Positions 15,959 through 24,333 of a DNA stretch of 27,724 nt are shown here, one piece after another (the stretch's first letter is position 1; each line of letters starts with the position of its first letter). Under the pieces are notes generated by a model. It was not told the origin of the DNA and ran no database searches. It saw nothing but the letters and a program-made list of their open reading frames with translations. This stretch comes from a virus (lineage: Duplodnaviria > Caudoviricetes): IMG/VR virus record IMGVR_UViG_3300031672_000008, positions 1 to 27,724 of that record; one strand, 5' to 3'. Both the position numbers and the translations under genes were made by a program.

Positions 15959-18900
15959 ATGGCAAATATATTTCAAAGCACCCGCGATTTTATGCAATCC
16001 CTCCTACCTGCACCTCTGCGCAGGAACCTTCCCACTGCCCAGAAGGATGACCCGGCATACCAAAGCTACGTGCAATTCCTCGGTCTTGGTCAGCCTATCT
16101 ACACCCCACGTGACTTTCAAGTCATGGCGAAAGAGGGTTATGAGCGTAACCCAACTGTATTTCGCGCAGTAACGCTTATCTCACAGTCATGTGCCGGCAT
16201 TCCCTGGAAGCTGTATAAAAAAGGGGATGATATGCGCAGTATAGAAGAGCATCCTTTGCTTGACTTACTGGCGCATCCGAACCAGCGCAACTCCGGCCCG
16301 GAGTTCATTGAACATATGATTTCTTACTGGATTCTCTCTGGCAACAGCTATGTCTCCGCCGTTATCCCCAACCCACGCCAGCCTCCGACTGAACTCTGGT
16401 GTTTGCGTCCTGACCGCATGCGGGTTATTCCTGGGCAGGGAACAATCTGGGGGTACGAATATAACGTTGATGGTTACAAAACGTTCTTTGATGCGGATAC
16501 GACGATGCATTTAAAGATGTTTGCTGCGACGAACGACTGGTACGGGCTTTCGCCTATTGCGGTAGCCGGTGCGCTGATTGACCAGCAGAATGAAGGATTT
16601 GACTGGAACACGGCTATCTTACAGAACGCAGGTCGTCCATCCGGGGCGTTGGTGGCATCTGGCGTGCTGGTAAACGACCAGTATGAACGATTAAAGCGAA
16701 TCTTACGTGAGCAGTATGCCGGGAAACGCAATGCCGGGAAGCCAATGTTGCTGGAAGGCGGGTTGGACTGGAAGCCGTTTTCGCTCTCTCCGCTGGAGTT
16801 AGACTGGATTGAGAGCCGCAAAATCAATATGCGCGATATCGCGGTTGCGCTCGGCGTACCGTCTGAACTGCTCGGCGATGGTGATATAAAGACCTATTGT
16901 TTGCCGTACACAATGAAAATTTACACAGAACATGGTCCGAAGATGATTGGCGAAGTTCGTCCTGGTGAACGGGTGTTTTCTCTGGAAGATGGGAAAATGA
17001 CGCTCAAGACGATTACGCGCCAATCGAAAACAGGCCGGAAACAAATTTATAAAATTACTGCCGGTGGAAAGACGCTTCGCACATCCGGGAATCACCCGTT
17101 CCTTGTGCGTCTTGCTGAAAAATCTGGCACCAAACAGATGAGTCCTTATGCGTATCGTCTGGAATACAAACACGCCGATGAATTGCAAATCGGGGATGTT
17201 GTCGTATCGGCATATGAATACCCTGATCTGGCAACGCCGTATAGTCCGCATCCCGTCACTGAAGATAGCATGGAATTGCTTGGTGCTCTTCTGGGAGATG
17301 GCTTCATTAAGGATTATGGGAACGGAAACGCGCTGGTAAGCATTGCTGGTATTGATGGCGAGGTGCGAGATACGTATGCGCGTATTGCCAAAGATTTGTT
17401 TACAAAGGTAAACGGTTCACCTATCAACCTCAAAACGTATGAGCGTGAAGTACGGTTCGTTTCAAAATCTGCTGTGACCTGGTTGCAGGATATGTGTATC
17501 GCGGGAACGGCGCAGAGCAAACGTATTCCTGGGTGGGTTTTTACACAGCCATGCCATTTACGCCTGGCATTTTTGCGCGGCCTGTTTGATACTGATGGCT
17601 CGGTTGATAAAATGGGGCATATATCATTTCACGTGAACAACGAGCAACTGGCACAGGGATGCCGTGACCTGGCGTTATCCTGCGGGCTGCAAGTATCGAA
17701 TATGCAACATAGCGACCGTATGACAAAACTTTCCGGAAAAGAAGTGGCTGTACGCAATGAACTCTGGGGCTTTTTATGTACGGTAGCGCAGCTGAATCTG
17801 GAAGTCGGTTCGCGCAACCCACTTGACCAGCAACGGCTTGAAGCGAACGCGCATCGAGTGTTCAAGGGTCGTCGCATGGCAATAAACGGGCGCAATGCCG
17901 GTATTGCTGCACCAGAACATTGTGAATATCTGTCGGTAAAAGCGATTGAAATTCAGCCACCAGAAGACGTGTATGACATTGAAGTAGAAGGGTCGCACAA
18001 CTTCTTTGCCGAGCATATCTGTGTTCACAACTCGAATTACGGCGAGGCGCGTAAGAGTTTTTACCAGGAAACTATTCTTCCGATGATGGATAGAATAGTG
18101 GCAAAACTCAATACCTGGCTAGTGCCGATGTTCGATAACACGCTGAAACTTACCTATGACAAAGAAGAAATTGAGGCGCTCCAGGAAGACCGCGATGCAT
18201 TATCGTCGCGTATGCTCGGCCAGTATGAACAAGGCGTTATCACGCTCAACGAGGTACGCAACGCGCTTGGATTGGAGCAGTTCGATGGTGGCGATATTTT
18301 AATGATTGGCCTGGCTGGAAAAGTCTATATCCCGTCCGACCAGTTAGCGGAGTACGTGGAAAAGAAACTAGAAGATTTGATGGCTCCGCCTGCGCCACAA
18401 CCGGCAGCCGCACCAGCCGGACCAACGAACTTACCGGATACAAATAAGCCAACGACCGATACAGCAGGAGCGAACGCGAACGTTGGAAAAGAAATTAGCG
18501 ACACAGGGCAAAATACTCCAACAAAACCTGCGGCGAACGCAGGTGGCGGAAATCCGGCTCAAGGAGCGCCGCCACCTGTTCAAGGACAGCCGGCACAGGC
18601 AGCACCAGCTGGTGCATCCGCACCTCTAGAAAAGATGGCGGAAGCAGCAAGCCCACGCGATGCTGCATATTTGCTGCTGCGCAAGAATTTGCATGGGTAT
18701 CTCGCACGCGAAAAACAGATTGTTCAGACAGCTGTTACGAATGCAGCTTTTCCGCAGACGGCCTATGATCGGGCAGAGATGGCGCTGAAGGCGTACCGCC
18801 AGCAGGAACTACTCCCCTTGTTGCTGCGTGTCTATCGCATCATTGGAGCGTCTGCCTTTCAGGTAACGTGCGATCAGATACTTGGCATGGCTGCAATGAA

Positions 18901-21661
18901 AACTTCTTTCTGGAACGCAGATGCGCGTGACACTGCTGCATTGTGGGCACGGAAAGTATTGCCGGAACTCACAGAAAAAGCACTTCTGTTGCTAGCTGAA
19001 GTCCTTACCATTGGCGTAAAACGTGCCGAATTATTGCCCGCCTTATGTGATCGTGTAGGGCAGCTTTATATGGAAGAATTGCCAGATGCCATGGACGAGT
19101 TGCTACAGACATACGCGACGCAAATCTATAACGCGGGTGCGCAACAAGGAGCACTTTCAACCGGTGTGGTACTTGAGAAGCGTTGGCATCTGCATGCGGC
19201 TTGCATGCAGCATACTATCTGCCGTCAGGCTGACGGTATGCTGGTAAATGTATATGACCCATATAAGTGCGGCGAAGCGAAATTTATGTACCCAGCTGAT
19301 GCTGCACAAGGGACGCCTATCTATGGATGCAGATGCTACGAGACCTATTCCTCGATTCTCCCGCGTGAGCAAAAGTATCAGCCAGAAATTTTGCGCGTAC
19401 ATATCGTCACTGTTTTTAAGCAACAGCTTGTCAGGTATAACGACAGCGAACGGCAGGCTGTCATTGCGGCTGTACGGCACGCCGCTTTGCCGCAACTGGC
19501 ATACGAGCAAGCAGCACAAGTAATAACAACGCTGCACGCACGTGAATTAAGTCCGTTGTTGATGCAGATGTATCGTGCGATTGGCACAGCTGGCGCGCTC
19601 TCGGCACGAAGTCGTGTGGCGCGCCAGCTTGTCACGGGGCAGAAGGCAGCAGCGGATTTTACCTTCTGGACGCAGCCTGTACAGTCAATGTTTCAGAAAC
19701 GCTTTTCACCGATTATGCAAATGTTGACGCAGAAAGCACTCACGCAGCTGAAAAAGGCGATTGGCATCAGCAGTGCGAAGCTAGCAACTATTGAGCAGAT
19801 AGCGGCCGCTATAGATACAGTATATATGCAGCAGTTAGATGCCTATTTAATGATGCTGGCCGAGACGGAAACGACCTTTTCCTTTAATGCTGGTGGACAG
19901 ATTGGAGCCGCCAGTTTCGCTCTACCTGTGACGAAAATGTGGATGACTATGCAGGATAGCCATGTGCGTGAGGCGCACGCGGAGGCAGAAGGCCAGGAAC
20001 GGCCTCTAGGGGAACCGTACAATGTTGATGGCGAAGAATTGATGCATCCTGGGGACGACAGTATGGGTGCAAGTTCTGGGAACACGATCAATTGCCGGTG
20101 TGTCGAAAATTATATTGTTTCTCCACCCGTGGCAAATCCCCCTTCTGTCGCTGCACCACCGGCTGAAGACTCCACGGACAACGCGGAATATGCGGCGTTG
20201 CAAGAAGCTGCTGATATGACCGATCAGGGCGTGACGACTGTGTACAATGACCTTGCACAATATGAGTCATCGGCAGCTCAATATGATGATCGTGCACCCG
20301 TTGTCCCTTCGTCCGTAAAAGACAACGGGTTGGAAATCAGTCATCATCGTGCGATGATGACTGATAGAGAGCCTGATGAAAGCAATGGGCATCAAAGCTC
20401 TTCAACACAGAAAAACGCATCTGGGCGCGTCAAGCTTAATACTATACACGATGAGCATGGTCGCTTTGGCAGTGGAGGCGGAGTTGCGAGTCTTTTTCCA
20501 ACAACATCTGGATCGGTGCATCATGATGTTGTTGGAATTGCGGCAGCATTGCGCCAGGCGGCAGTTGCTCATGAGCAACAAGTAACAGCAGCTTGTCAAC
20601 ACGCCTGCCAAGTTGCCAATCACGGTGGAAAATTACAGGGATTGGATTTTCGGTTAAAATCGCCTGATAGTTTGCAACGAAAGATTGCCACTGATGCGGC
20701 AGAAACGTTTCTTCCGCCGGAACAGGCTGCGCAAAATATTCATGATGCGCTTCGCTATACAACGGTGATTGATGGCGACGGATATCAAGCAGCTGCACAA
20801 GCGTCGCTCGATGCGCTCAAAGCGCAGGGATATCAGGTTGAACGTTTGCGCAATACCTGGGAGACGCCTGGTTACAGCGGCGTCAATGTCGCAATGAAAA
20901 CGCCGGATGGGTTCAATTTCGAGATGCAGTATCATACATCACAGAGCTTCGCAACAAAAGAAGCTGTTCATCCACTCTATGAGCAGTATCGTGTACTGCC
21001 TGTAAGTAATCCAACGGCACTGGCGCTTCAGCAACAGATGAATGCGTTGTTTGCAAGTGTGACACCACCACCTGGGGCCGGTTCTGTTCACAAACACGCT
21101 GTGATGCTTCATGAAGAAAAAACTTCTAGTGGCACAACGTATTATGGTCTGATGCTTGGCAGCTTAGATACGATTGTTACGCTGTACCGGGTTGTACGAA
21201 ATACAGATAATTTAGTAACAGCGCTTGACGGGTGTAATGCAACACATGGTTGGACAGATGCACATGGGGCGTTAATGATGCTTTCAGAGAGCCCATATGT
21301 TCGCCAGCTGACATCTGTTGAAGCACAGGAGGTTGCCGAGCGTTTCGGAGTAGAAACAAAACAAATCGTCTACCGTGCTATCCGTAATGGGCAAGAAAGT
21401 GTTGCACTCTTCCGTAGCCACATTGGTGAAGCCGTTATCGAGCAGCAGAAAACCTATGCCTTACGGAGTGATGCGGTACTGCGCACTTCTCTTACAGTGA
21501 AGGATGCACTCGTCGCTATACATATTCCGGTTTTTACGGAGCAGATGCAACAGGCCGCGCACGAAGTGGTGTTTCCTGATGGTCAGGCGTTTCTTATTCG
21601 TACCGTGACAGATAGCGGGCTTGCCGCTCCAATAGTAATTGAGCTTGAGGCGGTGTCATGA
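15959..21661 (+). CDS. HK97-type portal protein with intein, fused to two MuF-like domains, a RelA/SpoT-like synthetase and putative immunity/unknown domains
   Basis: Portal motifs (NPTVFRAV, HPLLDLLAHPN, LSGNSY, LRPDRM, YGLSPI, NAGRPSG, LLEGGLDW, LGVPSELLG, GVITLNEVR); Pro/Ala linker; MuF motifs KMWMTMQDSHVRxAH...HPGD...INCRC; synthetase motifs RLKSPDSLQRK, DALRYT, GYSGVN, FEMQYHT. Confidence 0.9.
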   Translation: MANIFQSTRDFMQSLLPAPLRRNLPTAQKDDPAYQSYVQFLGLGQPIYTPRDFQVMAKEGYERNPTVFRAVTLISQSCAGIPWKLYKKGDDMRSIEEHPLLDLLAHPNQRNSGPEFIEHMISYWILSGNSYVSAVIPNPRQPPTELWCLRPDRMRVIPGQGTIWGYEYNVDGYKTFFDADTTMHLKMFAATNDWYGLSPIAVAGALIDQQNEGFDWNTAILQNAGRPSGALVASGVLVNDQYERLKRILREQYAGKRNAGKPMLLEGGLDWKPFSLSPLELDWIESRKINMRDIAVALGVPSELLGDGDIKTYCLPYTMKIYTEHGPKMIGEVRPGERVFSLEDGKMTLKTITRQSKTGRKQIYKITAGGKTLRTSGNHPFLVRLAEKSGTKQMSPYAYRLEYKHADELQIGDVVVSAYEYPDLATPYSPHPVTEDSMELLGALLGDGFIKDYGNGNALVSIAGIDGEVRDTYARIAKDLFTKVNGSPINLKTYEREVRFVSKSAVTWLQDMCIAGTAQSKRIPGWVFTQPCHLRLAFLRGLFDTDGSVDKMGHISFHVNNEQLAQGCRDLALSCGLQVSNMQHSDRMTKLSGKEVAVRNELWGFLCTVAQLNLEVGSRNPLDQQRLEANAHRVFKGRRMAINGRNAGIAAPEHCEYLSVKAIEIQPPEDVYDIEVEGSHNFFAEHICVHNSNYGEARKSFYQETILPMMDRIVAKLNTWLVPMFDNTLKLTYDKEEIEALQEDRDALSSRMLGQYEQGVITLNEVRNALGLEQFDGGDILMIGLAGKVYIPSDQLAEYVEKKLEDLMAPPAPQPAAAPAGPTNLPDTNKPTTDTAGANANVGKEISDTGQNTPTKPAANAGGGNPAQGAPPPVQGQPAQAAPAGASAPLEKMAEAASPRDAAYLLLRKNLHGYLAREKQIVQTAVTNAAFPQTAYDRAEMALKAYRQQELLPLLLRVYRIIGASAFQVTCDQILGMAAMKTSFWNADARDTAALWARKVLPELTEKALLLLAEVLTIGVKRAELLPALCDRVGQLYMEELPDAMDELLQTYATQIYNAGAQQGALSTGVVLEKRWHLHAACMQHTICRQADGMLVNVYDPYKCGEAKFMYPADAAQGTPIYGCRCYETYSSILPREQKYQPEILRVHIVTVFKQQLVRYNDSERQAVIAAVRHAALPQLAYEQAAQVITTLHARELSPLLMQMYRAIGTAGALSARSRVARQLVTGQKAAADFTFWTQPVQSMFQKRFSPIMQMLTQKALTQLKKAIGISSAKLATIEQIAAAIDTVYMQQLDAYLMMLAETETTFSFNAGGQIGAASFALPVTKMWMTMQDSHVREAHAEAEGQERPLGEPYNVDGEELMHPGDDSMGASSGNTINCRCVENYIVSPPVANPPSVAAPPAEDSTDNAEYAALQEAADMTDQGVTTVYNDLAQYESSAAQYDDRAPVVPSSVKDNGLEISHHRAMMTDREPDESNGHQSSSTQKNASGRVKLNTIHDEHGRFGSGGGVASLFPTTSGSVHHDVVGIAAALRQAAVAHEQQVTAACQHACQVANHGGKLQGLDFRLKSPDSLQRKIATDAAETFLPPEQAAQNIHDALRYTTVIDGDGYQAAAQASLDALKAQGYQVERLRNTWETPGYSGVNVAMKTPDGFNFEMQYHTSQSFATKEAVHPLYEQYRVLPVSNPTALALQQQMNALFASVTPPPGAGSVHKHAVMLHEEKTSSGTTYYGLMLGSLDTIVTLYRVVRNTDNLVTALDGCNATHGWTDAHGALMMLSESPYVRQLTSVEAQEVAERFGVETKQIVYRAIRNGQESVALFRSHIGEAVIEQQKTYALRSDAVLRTSLTVKDALVAIHIPVFTEQMQQAAHEVVFPDGQAFLIRTVTDSGLAAPIVIELEAVS
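16898..18031 (+). mobile_element. Intein (378 aa) with LAGLIDADG homing endonuclease in the portal
   Basis: Starts CLPYTMKIYT; block B TSGNHPF; LLGALLGDG and FLRGLFDTDG motifs; ends VYDIEVEGSHNFFAEHICVHN followed by Ser. Removal restores KTY-SNY. Confidence 0.95.
20432..20476 (+). repeat. Peptide tag copy 1: KLNTIHDEHGRFGSG
   Basis: Precedes the RelA/SpoT-like domain. Confidence 0.9.
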
Positions 21662-24333
21662 TAGGCCAGTACGATGTGCAAGGTGGGCAACAGGTGTTCC
21701 TTGATCGGTATTTCGTACAGACGCAAGGAGTATTTGCTGATCGCTATAGCGCAGATGATGCGAGTATTCTAGAAGTGTACTGGTGGAATAACGCAGCGAT
21801 AGCAAAACTTTTTGCACAGAAATTCAATGATAATCACGATGAGCATGGACGTTTTGGTAGCGGTAACGGCGCTCCTGCCAGTTTACAAGAAATGAAAAAA
21901 GCCTATGCGACCTGGCAAAAAGGGTTAACGCCTGCTGAAATACGGGCTTTCCGTACGTATACGGGGAAGTCACCGGAAATGGCTAATGAGCAATTGCGTG
22001 CTGGAGGAACTATCACCGCTGCGGCACAACGGGTTATTGACCCGCTTACTTCTGCGCTTTCTAAGTCGGAAGCACCTCGTGACTTAACTGTCTATCGAGG
22101 TATGAAATTCAATTTGATGGATGGGTATAAGGCAGGGGATACATTTATTGATAAAGGTTTTCCTTCAACATCGCTCTCCTATACGCAAGCGAAAGATTTT
22201 GCGGGGACGATTGGGGCAACGATTGCAACTATTTCGGTTAGCGCCGGTCAGCAAGGCGCGTATATCGGTTCGCTCGCTGGTCAGCATGAAGATGAACAGG
22301 AATTTTTACTTCCTTCCAACAGTGCTTTTCGCATTGATTCACTTAGCGCCGATCCTATTGCTTCCTGGCGGAATGTCACCCATCTTACCTATCTTGGTTC
22401 AGCTTCATCTTTCTCATCTGGGAAAGCGTATGCCGCTCAGCAAGAGACACATACTGGCGATAGTACGCGTGCGAGTCGCGTGAAAAATGACCAACAAGGT
22501 AATGGCATTGGCACCCAAATGCTTGTAACTGAGGCAGATCAGGCGTCAGCATTAGGGGTAACAGCAATAAAAGTAGAAGCAGAAGCTGGAGAAGGATATA
22601 ACGGCTACTATACCTGGGCTCGACTTGGCTACAATGCACCAGTATCTTCTCTTGCAACATACATGCCGGATTGGGCAACAAGCGAGAAAACCCTTTCTGA
22701 CGTGATGGCTCTTCCTGCGACAGCCGACCATCCGAGCGGGGCGTCCTGGTGGAAAGACAATGGTGTAACATGGCAGGGAACGTTTGATCTGACGCCAGGT
22801 AGCCGGTCACTCCAAATTCTCCATTCCTATGCGGATGCACGTGGCATTGTGCATAAGGCACAGGGTGATGTGATGAGCCATCTTTCTGATGAGAAACAGG
22901 AAGAAATACCCTGGAGCGATGAAGACGATGCGATTGCTGAACGTGTCTGGGTTGCGCTTGCTGCGAAGTGGAATTCCGAAAAGAAATCCAAAGAGCTACC
23001 CGACCCGCAACATACTTGCTTAATGGTTGCCTTCTTCCTCGATCACGCTACGGCCGAACAGTTAGCTCTTCCTGGGTATGAAAAACCGGAAGATTTGCAC
23101 GTGACGCTGGCAATGCTCGGCGAACGCGACCAGTATTCATCCGATGATATTTTCCGACTGCGGGAAGACTTGCTGCATTTCGCGAACGAAATGGGTCCGA
23201 TCACCGGAAAGATATCGGGCATCGGACGTTTTACCAGCGTTCCTGATGGTGAGCCAACGCCAGTCTATGCATCCGTTGACTGTCCTGGACTTCCTGACTT
23301 TCGTGGTGCACTCGCAGCGATGCTGGACGATACGGATTTTACCGTAGACGAGACGCATGGGTTTACGCCGCATATAACACTTTGCTATATTGACACGAAT
23401 GCACCGATGCCGGTTGAAGACATGCCGGAACTTGCAGTAAGGTTTACGAGTTTATGGCTGGCAAGTGGTGAAGAACGCTATGAGATGCCGCTTGCACCAG
23501 AAATGAAATTTAACGACACGCACGAATCTGATGGTCGTTTCGGTTCAGGTGGCGGGAGTGCAGATATTTCATCTCGCCAGCCGTCTGCTGCGTTTCGAGC
23601 AGCCTATAAAACTGCGCAAGATAGCGCCTACCAAACGTTTGCGGCAGCACATGCTATGACTGTTGCTGCGTATCGAACAGCCGTGAATGAGCATACGCAA
23701 AAACTCCTTGCAACTGCGTCACCGATGCTAAGAATATCCCCGCAAGGGTTATCCGGTGTGCTGGAAACAGGGCATGTCATGAACGCCTTTGAACGAAACG
23801 CCACGTTGGGAAAGAGTGAAGGTGTGACGTATCTTGATCCAGTAGGCCGGGCTAAAATGGAGCAGACCTTCTTTGGCTATGATCCAGCGGCTGCAAAAGA
23901 GACGTATCCGAACTACGGGTATTTGAGCACAAGTCCAACAGGAACTATTGCGGGGAAAGAGATTGCAAGTGGACGGTATGGATCGGTGGTGCTTCAGTTA
24001 GATGACTCGGTACGGGCAACAGCAACAGTCACGGCGAATGATTCGCTGAACATTACCCATATGGGGCGTAGTCCGAATCTCCTACCAGAGCCGCTTACTC
24101 GCCCGAATGGAGATATTTTTCCAACAACGATTGACCCGTTGACGGTAAAAAGTGTAAACTCGTATCAACCCTATTTTGAATTACAATTTCATAGCGGGGT
24201 ACCGTCTTCTGCTATTAAGTCTGTCTATTTTACTTCACGTGGAAGTACCACGTATGAACGGTATCAAATAGGCGAACTGCAAGACGCACTTGCAAAGGCT
24301 GGTATACCGTATACGTTCAAGGGAGGGAAGTGA
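21658..24333 (+). CDS. Polyvalent effector protein: VIP2-type ART, GNAT, 2H phosphoesterase and DUF3626-like domain
   Basis: ART triad VYRG (R 22096), STS (22165), EQE (22294-22302); GNAT QQGNGIG and GYYTWARLGY; 2H motifs HVTL (23098) and HITL (23371); C-terminal NYGYL...RYGSVVLQL...NDSL...YFELQFHSG. ATGA overlap with the portal gene. Confidence 0.85.
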   Translation: MIGQYDVQGGQQVFLDRYFVQTQGVFADRYSADDASILEVYWWNNAAIAKLFAQKFNDNHDEHGRFGSGNGAPASLQEMKKAYATWQKGLTPAEIRAFRTYTGKSPEMANEQLRAGGTITAAAQRVIDPLTSALSKSEAPRDLTVYRGMKFNLMDGYKAGDTFIDKGFPSTSLSYTQAKDFAGTIGATIATISVSAGQQGAYIGSLAGQHEDEQEFLLPSNSAFRIDSLSADPIASWRNVTHLTYLGSASSFSSGKAYAAQQETHTGDSTRASRVKNDQQGNGIGTQMLVTEADQASALGVTAIKVEAEAGEGYNGYYTWARLGYNAPVSSLATYMPDWATSEKTLSDVMALPATADHPSGASWWKDNGVTWQGTFDLTPGSRSLQILHSYADARGIVHKAQGDVMSHLSDEKQEEIPWSDEDDAIAERVWVALAAKWNSEKKSKELPDPQHTCLMVAFFLDHATAEQLALPGYEKPEDLHVTLAMLGERDQYSSDDIFRLREDLLHFANEMGPITGKISGIGRFTSVPDGEPTPVYASVDCPGLPDFRGALAAMLDDTDFTVDETHGFTPHITLCYIDTNAPMPVEDMPELAVRFTSLWLASGEERYEMPLAPEMKFNDTHESDGRFGSGGGSADISSRQPSAAFRAAYKTAQDSAYQTFAAAHAMTVAAYRTAVNEHTQKLLATASPMLRISPQGLSGVLETGHVMNAFERNATLGKSEGVTYLDPVGRAKMEQTFFGYDPAAAKETYPNYGYLSTSPTGTIAGKEIASGRYGSVVLQLDDSVRATATVTANDSLNITHMGRSPNLLPEPLTRPNGDIFPTTIDPLTVKSVNSYQPYFELQFHSGVPSSAIKSVYFTSRGSTTYERYQIGELQDALAKAGIPYTFKGGK
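21820..21864 (+). repeat. Peptide tag copy 2: KFNDNHDEHGRFGSG
   Basis: Precedes the VIP2-type ART domain. Confidence 0.9.
23506..23550 (+). repeat. Peptide tag copy 3: KFNDTHESDGRFGSG
   Basis: Precedes the DUF3626-like domain. Confidence 0.9.
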
